From Octopus sinensis (taxonomy: Eukaryota), in the NCBI RefSeq assembly GCF_006345805.1, contig NC_043000.1:155062001-155126000 (forward strand): a DNA stretch of 64,000 bases. The letters run 5' to 3'. Below the pieces are notes generated by a model. That model had not been told where the DNA came from. It was given only the letters and a program-made list of their open reading frames with translations, and did no database searches. The position numbers were made by a program, and so were the translations under genes. Each line of letters starts with the position of its first letter. Within the stretch, counting starts at the first letter, position 1. Shown here piece by piece: positions 10,867 through 24,549 of the stretch.

Positions 10867-13633
10867 GATATACACACTCACACAAATACACATATTAATA
10901 AGTGTGTGTTCCTGCGTGTGCATACTATACGTACTCGGTTCTGTGTTAAATTGCATATACATAATCTGTATGAATAATGAAACATAATCGAAGCTATCTA
11001 CCACTGGACATTTGATTCCTAATTAGACTAGACTTTGATGAATATTAACAAACCTACGATTATTTCAAATGCCACCTATTTTGAATGCGCCTATTTATAA
11101 AGAAACTTCTGTGAATGCATAGTTTAGATATTCAAGGCTTGTTGGCTACAAGTTTGACTTCAAGCACAGACTTGACCATTTCTATATGCTCGCCATTCTG
11201 ATATAATGTAACCGTGTATTATACATGATTGAGCGCTTAAAGACGTGTTTGTTGGTTTTAGTAGGTCGAAAGTGACTGAAATGTTCTAGTCACATCACAT
11301 ACATTATCTCTTTAATGGTTAGTTAGCCTAATTCATATGTCGGTATTTAACCTCAGCTGAACTCTATTATCAATGGCGTTCCATCTTTGAATATGTCCTC
11401 CTTCATTCAGACATAGTCTGTCGAGAGCTGCGTTGCCTAATTAATCTTTCTCGTTTTAGACACTGCTTTCTGATTTTAGAAATATTTAGCTGTCATTCTT
11501 AACAAGCAGAACTCCTCTCACTGGATCGTAATACAAATGTGGTTATAAAAGGCAGTCATTGTCTGTAATTGGTTTTTATGAAAACATAGTTTAAAATTTT
11601 TTTTGGCAATAAGCACAAAGGTTCAGCTTTTGAAGCTGGTGAACTTAATATTTGAATTGCAGTTATGTTCTCGGTCAGGGCAATAAAGTTATAATCAGCC
11701 TCACCTTGTATTCAGAAAATGGAAGCTCAGCTTGATAGCGCAAGTTATTTCTCCAGTGTTTCCCCCACCCTGCTTATCCACTTTACAAGCATCTTTATAT
11801 AGAGATTAATTTAAAATGCTTCGGTACTATTTAAAAGATAAACATAGTGCAAAATTACCTATTTCTCTTACGTATTTCTTCATATTTCTATCGTATTTAA
11901 TAAGTAATTACCATATGTTCTCTTCTTAAACAACTAAACCAGTTGGACCAACTCTTTTGGTATTATTGTGTAGTAACGGAGTGGAAGCAAACTTGACTTT
12001 ACTGAAAAGACAGCCATAGGAAACAACTTTCATTACATAACCACCAGGTTTTGTCACATGACACTACCATTAAAAACTTATGTTAAACTACTGTTATAAA
12101 ATAATGATACTACAATGGCTGGAGAAATTATAATCAACTTTCCATAATTAGGGACCTTCTGCTACAAAAGTGAGACAATATATTTTGCCATTTTCACTTA
12201 CTATTGTTTTCTTCTTATTTTCAAAGGGAGCAAGTGTGATCAAACATATTCTCGCCAGAATCAGTATATATATATATATATATAATGTATCCTTCATTTA
12301 AGAGAAAAGGGTACCCAGAGTTTCACAGGAAAGGGACACCCAGAATCAGATACTCAGAATTTCATCGGTATATTATTTTATCAGCCCTCAAGATTAGATC
12401 TGTAATATATTATAACCTAGGATGCAGGGGTTCAAGTACTAAACTCGTCTAAAAAGTATTTCAACTCTATAATATTGCTGATATAAGAACCTGATGAACG
12501 AAACTCTACAGCATAATGACTTTAATGTATTATCACAACTGTTGTATGTTGTGCTCATACACTACTTAACGAACTTAATCTATAATAGAGGAATATTACT
12601 CATGAGTGACAGTGATATATATTGTTTCAATTTATTAGTTCAATGGCTAAAAGGTAAAATCCGTGAAAAACAGCCACCACATGACATAAGAGCCGAACAG
12701 TAATATAAGCCATGAGCAAAAATAATATAAATAGATATATGTGTAGGCATGACCCATTTACACAGTTCAGCATTATCATCAATTTAATTTTAATATTTCT
12801 TGACGTTGCTATTATGTATATGGATACTTCCTCCGAAAATTATACATTACATATCACCATTAACCAAGTAAAAGTAGATTCTTTATTGGAAGCAGTTTCA
12901 TACTTAACCTTTGTATTTGTATAATTTTCCTTTTTTAGGTCCAGCGGGAAACTTACATATATTTCCAACATGTTTTAGCTGTGCATGTGTAACATGTAAC
13001 AGGATGAATTAAGAGCTACATCACAAATAAAGCAGGCTTAACAAGCCAATCCATAAAAAAAAATCTGTCGATCTTCGAAGGATCGTTTCGATTTTTAAAA
13101 TTAATAATTTGCTATTATTATTAACTAATAATTATTTAATTCAAAGAACATCAGTTAATTAGAAAATCCTCTTCAGAAATACATTGCTTTTAATAAATTA
13201 AATCGAAAACATTTTAAAATTTAATACACAAACTAAAATGGCGGCATTTAGTAGTTATTTGCCGCCTACGTTTTGGATCTCGAGCTAAAATTCATTGATG
13301 GCCTTTATTTTTATATTCGAACAAGCTACATAGACCTCCATCATTCTGTTCTAGATTGAAGGGTTGTATACCAGGCCTTTAGGGGATATTTCAGTTAGTT
13401 CTTCCAACACTATAGTAAAATATTAGTTTTCTGGAACTAAGCACCAAAGCAGCCTCTCTGCCGAGCTGGTAGAGGCAGCAACTAAAATTCCCTTCACTCT
13501 CAACCATTATGTAGAAAAGTACACATATATTGAAATCTTTGATAATCTACGTTCATCTATTTCTGACTCACTAGCCCCTCTCCTATCCCTTCCTCCTTCC
13601 CTACGTACCTACGTTTCTACCTACCTACAATAA

Positions 13634-13719
<86 letters not shown>

Positions 13720-13773
13720 CCTGTTTGTCTGTCTCTTTATGTATATATATATATATATATATATATACATACA

Positions 13774-15017
13774 CAGGGTGTGTAAGGTATTTGAGGACAT
13801 ACCTTTTTTCGGTCATTGCTGCATTTTTTGCTAACTCTGTATAATCTTTGTTTCAGAAAATGATAATAGTAAAGCCTCAGCTTGCTCAAGAAATGAAGAG
13901 GCATGCTGTTATTGTCTTTATAAAGGCTAAGCATAGCGATTTAGAAATATCTCGACTTTTAAAAGTTGCCAGATCTTTGGTGTACAAAGATTTTTAAGGA
14001 GCTAGAGACCGAAGATGGAAAGGTATCACTAGTATCAATGCATAAAAAGGGTTCTAAACGATCTGAAATCATAAGAACACCTGAATTTATCCAATAAGTT
14101 CAACAGACCATTGATTACAATCCCATAAAGTTCATGAGGCCAATTGCAATAGATCTCCATGTGTCTGAAGGAACCGTCAGGAATCCTGTCCACGAAGACA
14201 TTAGATATACGTCTTATATGATGAGGAAAGGTCAATTTGTTAGAAAAAGCAAAAGAAAATCACTACATCAGGTCTAAAAGGCTCTTAAACAAACTGAAAA
14301 ATCCAGGTGAATAAGATTTAATTTGGTTTTTCTCAAAAGAGAAAAACTTCGACGAAGATCAAAAAGTTAACAGAAGAAATGACAGAAGGTTATGTGCAGA
14401 CCCTTTTGAAATTCCAAGTGTTATGCATACAAAATTTCCTGAAACTGTCATGGTTTTAGGGATTGTCAGCAATGAAGGACATATGATGCCTCCTTACTTC
14501 TTTCCACAAAGCCTTAGAGTCAACTCTGCCACCTACATTGTCGTTCTGGAAATAATTGTTAAGCCATGGATAGACAGTGTATGTGATGGAAAGGCATATG
14601 TGTTTCAGTAATACTCTGCAATATCACACATGGCTCTAGTAACACAGGAATGGATGGCTGAAAATCTTCATGATCATGTAACCCCTAACATTTGGCCTCC
14701 TAATTCCCCGGATCTCAATCCATTGGACTATTACATGTGGAGCGTTGTTGAGGTCAATGAACACGCCCGTAGCACCAATGATTCTTCGAAAGCTGCCATA
14801 GTCAGATTGATGTCCAAAATGAACCAGGACCACTTGATTCGCGCATGTAGATGATTTAGATCTCATATAAAAGCAGTTGTTGAAGCTGAAGGAGGCTCTA
14901 TTGAATAACATTATAGAAAAGAAAGTTTATTTTTATCATCATAGCAGTTTTTGATAAATAAAGTTTTTATCTGTTATTATATATCTGTTTTCTGTCTCCA
15001 AATATCTTCCTCACCCG
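13774..15017 (+). mobile_element. Tc1/mariner transposon, maT (DD37D) type
   Basis: Imperfect ~26-bp TIRs (CAGGGTGTGTAAGGTATTTGAGGACA versus the reverse complement of TGTCTCCAAATATCTTCCTCACCCG); TA follows the right end. Confidence 0.85.
13860..14908 (+). pseudogene. DD37D transposase pseudogene
   Basis: MIIVKPQLAQEMKRHAVIVF..; ETVMVLGIVSNEGHMMPPYFF; FQ*YSAISH..WPPNSPDLNPLDY with 37 residues between the mutated second D and the third D; ends AVVEAEGGSIE*. In-frame stops and frameshifts. Confidence 0.85.
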
Positions 15018-15541
15018 TATATATATGAGTACTGGCTACCAGTTTTTATACATTGAAAACATACATAAGAGTATATACGCTTAACCGTTCTCTTCTCGCT
15101 CTCTCACACACAATTATATACATGCATATACATACGTACATACGTATATGAGCATTAGTGTGCGTGTATGTGTGTGTGTATGTGTGTGTGTAGGTGGCAA
15201 TTGTCATAATGACATTGATATTGGTGATGCGGACGATGGCATCACCGGATCAGCGATTACAACAGCGTCTCTATACAAACATGAATTTAATAACCCTGTC
15301 GCCATTATTATTACTGCCACAACCCCACTCTGTGAATGTCGTCATAATCATCGTCACTATCATACTCTGAGACCCACAATAGTTCCAATCGTCAGTGGCA
15401 TCATCATTCTTATTGGCCTTTTCCATTACCACCGTCGCAATCAGCACCGTAGTTATTATTCGTTATTCTCATCATCCACATAAACATTAACACCACCCCT
15501 TCACTACCAAGATTCCCAATACTTTCATTATTATTATTATC

Positions 15542-16099
15542 ATTGAGTGAGAGAGCAGTTCATGCCATCAAAGTGACACTGGGGTAAAATATACGAAGCC
15601 CAATATACCCATCATGACTACCCGTCTGATAAAGGTACACTAGGCACATGCATCACAACCATATGTGCGCGACATGGTGATCTCATATCAAGATAAACAG
15701 CACATGACCTTGCAGGTGGGGCCCAGTTAGAATTTTCTTCAGGTTGAGTAGCCCATCCCGCTCAAACGGTTCCTGAATAAGGGTTGTTTAAGGATGTTGA
15801 AAGAACCACCCATGTTTCCAGAGGTGAACTATTCAAACCCAAAAGAATCCCTCTCAACACATGGCTATGATGCTCCCCCACTACTTCTGCTCATGATCAG
15901 AGATGCACATATCGTCAGCCACTAAGGGACATGCTCAACTGGTTAAGGTCAAACAACTGACAAGCAAATCTGTGGTATTGAGCAGAATATTTGCTGTAGC
16001 CCATCTTTTATACCAAGACAAATCAATGTACATGATAATACTTCCAATCAGTTAAGATCAGAAGCCATGAGAGCCACTGCCTGGTACTGCATCAGGGCA
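15542..16099 (-). mobile_element. Non-coding ~555-bp element embedded in (AAT)n (element E)
   Basis: Discrete GC-richer block with (ATT)n on both sides, TG..CA termini and no ORF. Single copy in this window, so repeat status is inferred. Confidence 0.55.
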
Positions 16100-16164
<65 letters not shown>

Positions 16165-16199
16165 TTTTATTTTTATTATTATTGTTATTATTATTATTA

Positions 16200-16230
<31 letters not shown>

Positions 16231-16457
16231 CATTATTATTATCATTATTATTATTATTATTATCATTATTATTATTATTATCATTATTATTATTATTTTT
16301 ATTATTATTGTTATTTTTATTATTATTGTTATTATTATTATTATTGTTATTATTATTATTGTTGTTATTATTATTATTATCATTATCATTATTATTATCA
16401 TTATTATTATCATCATTATCATTATTATTATCATTATTTTTATTATCATTTTTATTA

Positions 16458-16488
<31 letters not shown>

Positions 16489-16500
16489 CATTATTATTAA
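16100..16500. repeat. (ATT)n array, ~400 bp
   Basis: Visible directly. Confidence 0.95.
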
Positions 16501-17514
16501 ATGATTACATTACGATTAGGATCATGTTTACCACTAATTATTACTGATCGATCATAACCACCAGCACCATTACCGACACCACCGTTAGTACCACCACCAC
16601 TACTGCTGCTACCACCACTACTGTCACACTCATCAAAACTCGTAATCATCAAGATGATTTTGATGACGATGGTGATGATAATGATGATGATGATGATGAC
16701 GACGACAATGAAGATGACAACCACGGTGTTGATGATGACGATGAAATTCCTCCTCCTCCTCCTCCTCTTCCCTCCTCTTCTTTTCTTCCTACTCCCCCTC
16801 GTACTGCCTTCTCCTCATCGTCGTCGTTGTGGCCATCAAGGATATCATGAATAAAACATAGTAGCTATGTTATCAAGGGAGTGTTTCCACTCTGTTGGTA
16901 ACAAACATTATAAAAATCCCGAGAGAGACAACTATACACTCCAATGCACACTTACGCACGCATCTGCTCCTATACATACATACATACATACATACATACA
17001 TACATACATACATACATACATACATACATAAACATATACATATATGCATATATATACATATTTACATAAGTATATATGTATATACATATACACATACACA
17101 CATATATATATATATATACACATATAAACACAGTCACGCACTCATTAAGTAATTTGCACACAATGCGCATACATTTTCTCAACGATAATAAAGTATCATG
17201 TTCACACATCCATACGCTTTCGCACATATATTTATACGCATTACACATGCATGTAAATCCTATATTCATTTACACACACATAGATTGTACGCATACTTTT
17301 ATGTATTTAAGCTATTACGTATATATATATCCCTTCGCTTATGCAACAGCACTGCAACTATAGGAGCTGAAATCTGCAGATGCATTTACATAGAATCTCT
17401 ACACATTAAACCGACATACTCCACACCAAACACTCGTACATACATGAACATAAGTGCAACTGCAATTACAAATACATGTGTATGCTTATTCACTAATATA
17501 TACATGGACATATA

Positions 17515-17723
17515 GGCGTAGGAGTGGCTGCGTGGTAAGTAGCTTGCTTACCAACCACATGTTTCCGGTTTCAGTGTCATTGCGTGGCACCTTGGGCAAG
17601 TGTCTACTATAGCCTTGGACCAACCAAAGCCTTGTGAGTGGATTTGGTAGACGGAAACTGAAAGAAGCTCGTCGTATATATATATATATATATATATATT
17701 GGCAATATGACCATTCCGAATAT

Positions 17724-17792
<69 letters not shown>

Positions 17793-17985
17793 ATTGTGTG
17801 TCTGTGTTTGTCCCCCCAACATCGCTTGACAATCGATGCTGGTGTGTTTACGTCCCCGTAACTTAGCGGTTCGGCAAAAGAGAATAAGTACTAGGCTTAC
17901 AAATAATAAGTCCTGGTGTCGATTTGCTCAATTTAAGACGGTGCTCCAGCATGGCCACAGTCAAATGACTGAAGCAAGTAAAAGA
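17515..17985 (+). mobile_element. SINE-A, full length, with extra sequence in the internal microsatellite
   Basis: Head at 17515, tail at 17985. Confidence 0.9.
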
Positions 17986-19160
17986 CTATGTACAAGCACA
18001 TAGATACACACACACGCGCGCGAATACACACACATACATACACACACACATGCATACAGTTGAACACAAAAGGAGACAATTAGGTATGTATATACATATG
18101 TATATTTAAGCGTGCTAGGATGGGAACATGGTTAAGAATTTCGCATTAGACTTTTGGGTACTTTTATTTTTATTATAACTTTCGGTTGCACTTAGTTTTA
18201 GAACTGAAATTGTGCTGTTATTGTTGTTATTGTGGTTAATGAACTCAGTGCAGCCCTGATCGAACAGATTTAAGATCAAAGGCATTCCAACTCTATCCAT
18301 CCCGTCTTCATTCAGGATCGGCATAGTAGAAAACGTTAAACACAGTCACCTTTTCTAAGACAAGACTAGTAGTGTGAAGTTCAAGTGAAAAGTTCCACTA
18401 AGCATGTTGAGACACTCTCAATGGATCATATGAAATAAGGTTGAAGGAAAATAGGTGGAAGTTCATTGTATTGACGTTCCAGTCTTGTATACTACCTGAG
18501 GATTAAACCTGGGTTTCTTCTTATTTTTGTCTTAAATTATTTATTATTTAGATGCATATGAACCCAAATTGGGTAGTTTGCTGACGAATGGGTCTCTAAC
18601 TTTCATTATATTTTTTAAAGACATATTTTGGACTATATATATATGTCTACATACATACATGCACACACACACACATATACAAAGATACATATCTATATAA
18701 TAATGGAGAAAGCTGCTTATTAATTAGGTATGTAACAGTTCCAAAATAAAGGAATTACTAAAGGCTTGACCGTCTTGAATTTTTTTTTCTAATTTCATGT
18801 TCCTAGAAATTTCCAGTAATTTCGATTTCTGAAGTTTATTGAATACTTGAAATACAAGTTTTTTTTTACAAATTTAAATATTCGTTGCATTCACTGCGGA
18901 GTAGATTTTAATGTTTGATAAACAATATTGTTCATTTGCAACACTCCCTCACTCTCTCTCGGCTCTATTTTCGTTAATGATAATTTAATATATATTCATT
19001 TCAATGTTTTCATTTCAAGTTTTAATTTGTTATTTGCAAAACCCACAGTTTATTCTATATAAAAAAAATCTATGTATTGAATGAATCAATGTTATTTTAA
19101 AAAATAGCTGTATAACTTTGAGGCACCATTTCAAGAATAATATCAGTTTCCAGTGTTTGT

Positions 19161-19571
19161 TACTCCTTTACTCCTTTACTTGCTTCAGTCATTTGACTGC
19201 GGCCATGCTGGAGCACCGCCTTTAGTCGAGCAACTCGACCCTGGGACTTATTCTTTGTAAGCCCAGTACTTATTCTATCGGTCTCTTTTGCCGAACCGCT
19301 AAGTGACGGGGACATAAACACACCAGCATCGGTTGTCAAGCAATGCTAGGGGGACAAACACAGACACAAAAATACACACACACATATATATACATATATA
19401 CATATATACGACAGGCTTCTTTCAGTTTCCGTCTACCAAATCCACTCACAAGGCATTGGTCGGCCCGGGGCTATAGCAGAAGACACTTGCCCAAGATGCC
19501 ACGCAGTGGGACCGAACCCGGAAACATGTGGTTGGTTAGCAAGCTACTTACCACACAGCCACTCCTGCGCC
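19161..19571 (-). mobile_element. SINE-A, full length
   Basis: Same structure as other copies. Confidence 0.9.
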
Positions 19572-20199
19572 TGTTAAATGAATATTTTTGATAAAATGAA
19601 TTTTCCTTTAAATATCGGTATAATTTTTTTTTTGCTAGAAGTTAAGTAGTTTTATTGGTATGGGTGTTTGGAACGCTTACAATAATAACCGTGTTCGTGT
19701 TATTTCTAGCACGCAAAACCTATTTGGGTTACATTGTATAAATTAGAGATATATTACAACAACGATAAGTTACTGAAAGAAATATTTACTAAGCAAGTAA
19801 TTTTTTTAATTATAAATTAAGCTTTTCAGGAAAATTTACTTTCTGAATTTCCTTTTACTATTGAATATTTCAAGTTCACAGATTTAAATATTTGGTGAAA
19901 GATAGGTTTGACACTCCTTTATAGGCTTGGCTCTCGAGAAAAGTTTTACAAATTCCTCTGTCAATATATATCGATAAAAAGGCAATTTCGAAGCATCTGT
20001 TTTTATTTAATATTACAAATTTAAATATTTGCTGCCAAGCCTTACGGTCACTGCAGAGTAGGTTTTAACATTTGATAAACATATCCATATATATATGTTC
20101 TGGCGAAAGTTTTCATTTTTGTTTGTAACTTAGTCTCTCACTCTCTCTGTCTCGCCTCGAATTGTTTTCATTAATAATAATAATTTACTTAATATATAT

Positions 20200-20614
20200 T
20201 ACTCTTTTACTCTTTTACTTGTTTCAGTCATTTGACTGCGGCCATGCTGGAGAACCGCCTTTAGTCGAGCAAATCGACCCCGGGACTTATTCTTTGTAAG
20301 CCCAGTACTTATTCTATCGGTCTCTTTTGCCGAACCGCTAAGTGACGGGGACGTAAACACACCAGCATCGGTTGTCAAGCAATGCTAGAGGGACAAACAC
20401 AGACACACAAACATATACACACAGTTACATATATATATATATACATATATACGACAGGTTTCTTTCAGTTTCCGTCTATCAAATCCACTCACAAGGCTTT
20501 GGTCGGCCCGAGGCTATAGCAGAAGAGACTTGCCAAAGATGCCACGCAGTGGGACTGAACCTGGAACCATGTGGTTGGTAAACAAGCGACTTACCACACA
20601 GCCACTCCTGCGCC
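20200..20614 (-). mobile_element. SINE-A, full length
   Basis: Same structure; empty-site paralogue at 18985-19000. Confidence 0.9.
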
Positions 20615-21129
20615 TATTCATTACAAATTTTTATTTCAAGTTTTATTTCGTTATTTCAGATGAGGAAATCAGGTATTTTGCTGACTTAATAAACTGAGGG
20701 CATTTACACTGCGAATTTGTCTATACATACTGGAAAAATTATATTGGACAACTTATCAAAACTTACTGAAGCTTTGAGCTCATGTGACGCATTTCCTCTC
20801 CGCGTTATATAAGAATTATCAAGTGAATTTGTTTCTATGGTTACTTGATGCGCTATAGGTATTAATACCTCTATGTGATCGCTGCTATTTTTTGCACAAT
20901 AAACGAAGTTGGATCACTTTGATGTTTGTTTAAGAAAAAGAGATTATGACTGTGATAAAATAATGAGAGCAATATTTACTAAGTGAGCACTATTATACAA
21001 AGGAATAATTAGACGTAAAATATCAAAAATTATTAGAATTTGGACTCAAATGCAAAAGTATTAAATGGCTAACAGAAAACCGCCAGGAAGGCGGTCTTTC
21101 TAGTATATATATAAATAAATAAATATATA

Positions 21130-21292
21130 GGCGCAACAGTGGCTTGCGTTAAAAAGCTTGCTTCTCAACCACATGGTACTGGGTTCGGTACCACTGCATG
21201 GCTCCTTGGGCAAGTGCCTTCTACTATAGACCCGGGCCGACAAAAGCATTGTGAGTTGATTTCGTAGACTGAAACTGAAAGATGCCTGTCGT
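21130..21292 (+). mobile_element. SINE-A, 5' half followed by expanded (TA)n
   Basis: Diverged head and CORE-like region. Confidence 0.8.
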
Positions 21293-21293
21293 G

Positions 21294-21369
<76 letters not shown>

Positions 21370-21373
21370 ATAT

Positions 21374-21504
<131 letters not shown>

Positions 21505-21563
21505 TGGGAGAGTTCACGAAAAAAACAAGGAGAGAAAAAAATTCGTCTAGTGGCTAACGATCT

Positions 21564-21632
<69 letters not shown>

Positions 21633-21808
21633 TGTTTTGGTATCCAGAAGATCCAAAAGGTAGGTAAGGTTATGTAAATGCTACGAAAGGATCGCTGTTA
21701 AGCTCCCGGTTCAATAATAGTATGAGTGAGGAGTTTAAGATGCATAGTGTGTGACCGTAGAAATATCCTAGGAAAATCAAATTGCCTTCGCCTTGTTATC
21801 TTAGTTTG

Positions 21809-21847
<39 letters not shown>

Positions 21848-22935
21848 TATATACATACATATATATACATTCATATATACATATGTATACATATATGTAC
21901 ATATGCGTATATGTGTATGTGTGTGTATACATATATACACATATATAAATATATATGTATATACTATATATGTCTATATATATTAGGTATATATGTATAT
22001 ATATATATGCATACATATGTGTACTTATGTCTATATATATATGCATACATATATGTACATATGTCTATACGTACATGTATATGTATATATGTTTGTGTGT
22101 GTGTGTGCATACATACTTAGATACATACCATTCATGCATACATGTGTAGATATGTATGACGGAATCAATACTTAATTATTTGTTATTTTTATTATCTTTA
22201 TTATCATGCATGTGTGGGCATCAGGTTTCTAAAGAACCAATCATTGGTTCTAAGTTTTCAAAGATCCAATCACTGAAAAATTATCACGAAAACGAAAGAG
22301 AAAACCGGGGAATGGAGCGAAACAGCCCGGAACGTTTAACATGATAGACTACAGCTATGAATTTTCTTTAAAAACAATTTTTCCTTTAAAATCGATTAAC
22401 TTCCAACAAATCAAATCAGGGAAATGACAAAACAGTTCAAGGCTAACTGTATAATGAATACAGCGATTTACTTGTAAAATGTATTGATTTTTACTTAATG
22501 TATAGATTTTCGTCTAATCCGGCTATTGGATACTATGTGTAAACAAATTTACGAAACACGAGTCATATCATTTCGAAATCGTCTTAGTTCGTCCATCGAA
22601 GATAATGCAGCACAAATAAAAACGCACGATTCAGCCCCAGATTATAAAGAAAATGCGTAATCGTTGAACTGGATACATAAAAAGCACGAGAAATTTATTT
22701 CTAGTTTTGCCAGAAGCAGATCAGTACCAGACGAAAATAATGGCAATCTAAATAAAAGGCTGGACATTAATAATCGAATCCCGCAAATAAAACAGAAAAG
22801 GAGAAAATGACATGATAGGAATAGGTTATTATTCTATATGCATCTTTTATATCCATATTCCACCCTGAAAACGATATTTTCGTATAAATTTGGAAAGAAA
22901 ATAAACCTGATTAAATGCATTTGTAATAAGATACA

Positions 22936-23426
22936 GGTACGCTTTGGTTATCTCGCCCCCTTAACAAAATTGTGTTATCTCCCCCAACTAAAAAAATTGT
23001 TTAACCCCCAATAAAACAAATAAACAAATTTAAAAATTAATAAACATGAAATTAATAAACATCTTATTGAATCTAATAATATTTTTATAACATATGATAC
23101 AAAGCTAAAAAAAATTAATAAACATGAGACCTGAACATATAACATGAAACATGAAAACTGAAAATGAAAGTAGACACGAAATCTCAAAAACAGGAAAACT
23201 GAAAAAAATTAAACATCTTATTGAATCTGATAACGTTTTTATAACAAATCGTACGATGCCTATTGTGGAGGCCGAAAGTCTACAATGTGTTGAAGCATTG
23301 AATCAAAAGGATCTAACTCTTTTAATCCAATCTCTTGTCGCCACATAAACTCAATTTCTTAATGGGGAGATAACCCAATTTTTTAATGGCAATTTTTTAA
23401 TGGGAATATGATAAGCAAAACGTACC
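22936..23426. mobile_element. MITE with 8-bp TSD, Merlin-like
   Basis: Imperfect ~50-65 bp TIRs starting GGTACG; perfect AAGATACA flanks at 22928-22935 and 23427-23434. Confidence 0.7.
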
Positions 23427-23434
23427 AAGATACA

Positions 23435-24385
23435 TTCTGAAAGCCCCGAAATATTAAAATATCAAAACTCGAAATAGAACACTTTATAGAAAGAATAGAT
23501 AAAGAAATCACAAACAAAATGTGTAAACCATGAAACATGTGTAACACAATCGAAGCAAACAACAAAACACAACAAAACTAAACCTTAGAAGACCTACGTA
23601 ATACTGATAATCAAAAAGCAAACCAATACCCAATACCCAAACAAGAATGTATATGTAAGGACATAGCGAAAAGATTTAAGAATAGAAAATTCTAAAGATG
23701 GAATTCACAAACAAGATAATTTAAAAGTGGAAATAATTTAAGAATTAAAATCAATGTTTCTATGTAAATCAATATTAAACAAAATGAGATTACTTAAAAT
23801 AATATATGTAGCAGCCGCAGTGGTTACAAAAGAAAGTGGGTGTATCCTTCGTTCTACTTATATAAGAATATTGAAACTTATGTAAATAACCTCGAAAACA
23901 AATATACAGAAAAGATATAAAAGATATTTCAATTCTAACAAAATGACATAAATTGAATAAAAAACAAGAGAAAAATACTATAGGAATATAACTTAATAAA
24001 AAAAAATGTACTCGAAATGAATGAATATCTGAAAAGAAGATATTGCTAAATCGCAAATAATCAGTCGGTATGAAAAGTGACAACGATTCTTTGAAGAAAG
24101 CAAACACTTCGACTCCAACCCAAACCGATTTCATCAAGAACTAGACAAAAATATAACAGAAATCAATGCATTACTAACAAGTAGCGGAATTCTTGGGAGG
24201 AGTATGGGCAGAGAGTAAGACAACACAGACGAGATTGATCAACACAAGAAGCTCAAAACCTGAACAATAGCAGGAGAGCCAAATCAACACAAAGTACTCA
24301 ATGCTCTACAAAAAAGCAAGCTATTGGCAAACATTGGGAAAAGGATAAGATTCTAATCTTCTGGTTAAAATATTCAACAGAGACA
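23435..24385 (+). mobile_element. Decayed R4/Dong-like retrotransposon, N-terminal to pre-RT region
   Basis: IIYVAAAVVTKESG; QRFFEESKHFDSNPNRFHQELDK; NFWLK-like segment (TTCTGGTTAAAA); many stops. Confidence 0.6.
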
Positions 24386-24421
24386 TCGCATACAACAACA
24401 ACAACAACAATAAGAAGAATG

Positions 24422-24482
<61 letters not shown>

Positions 24483-24484
24483 TG

Positions 24485-24527
<43 letters not shown>

Positions 24528-24549
24528 TGATAATAATAATAATAATAAT

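Noticed and set aside
11705-11826. Minus-strand exon candidate (AG acceptor, AAG|GTGAGG donor)
   Set aside because: All three frames contain stops and there is no transcript evidence.
12491-12506. CTGATGA-AC-GAAAC-TC hammerhead-like string
   Set aside because: No stem II or stem I pairing.
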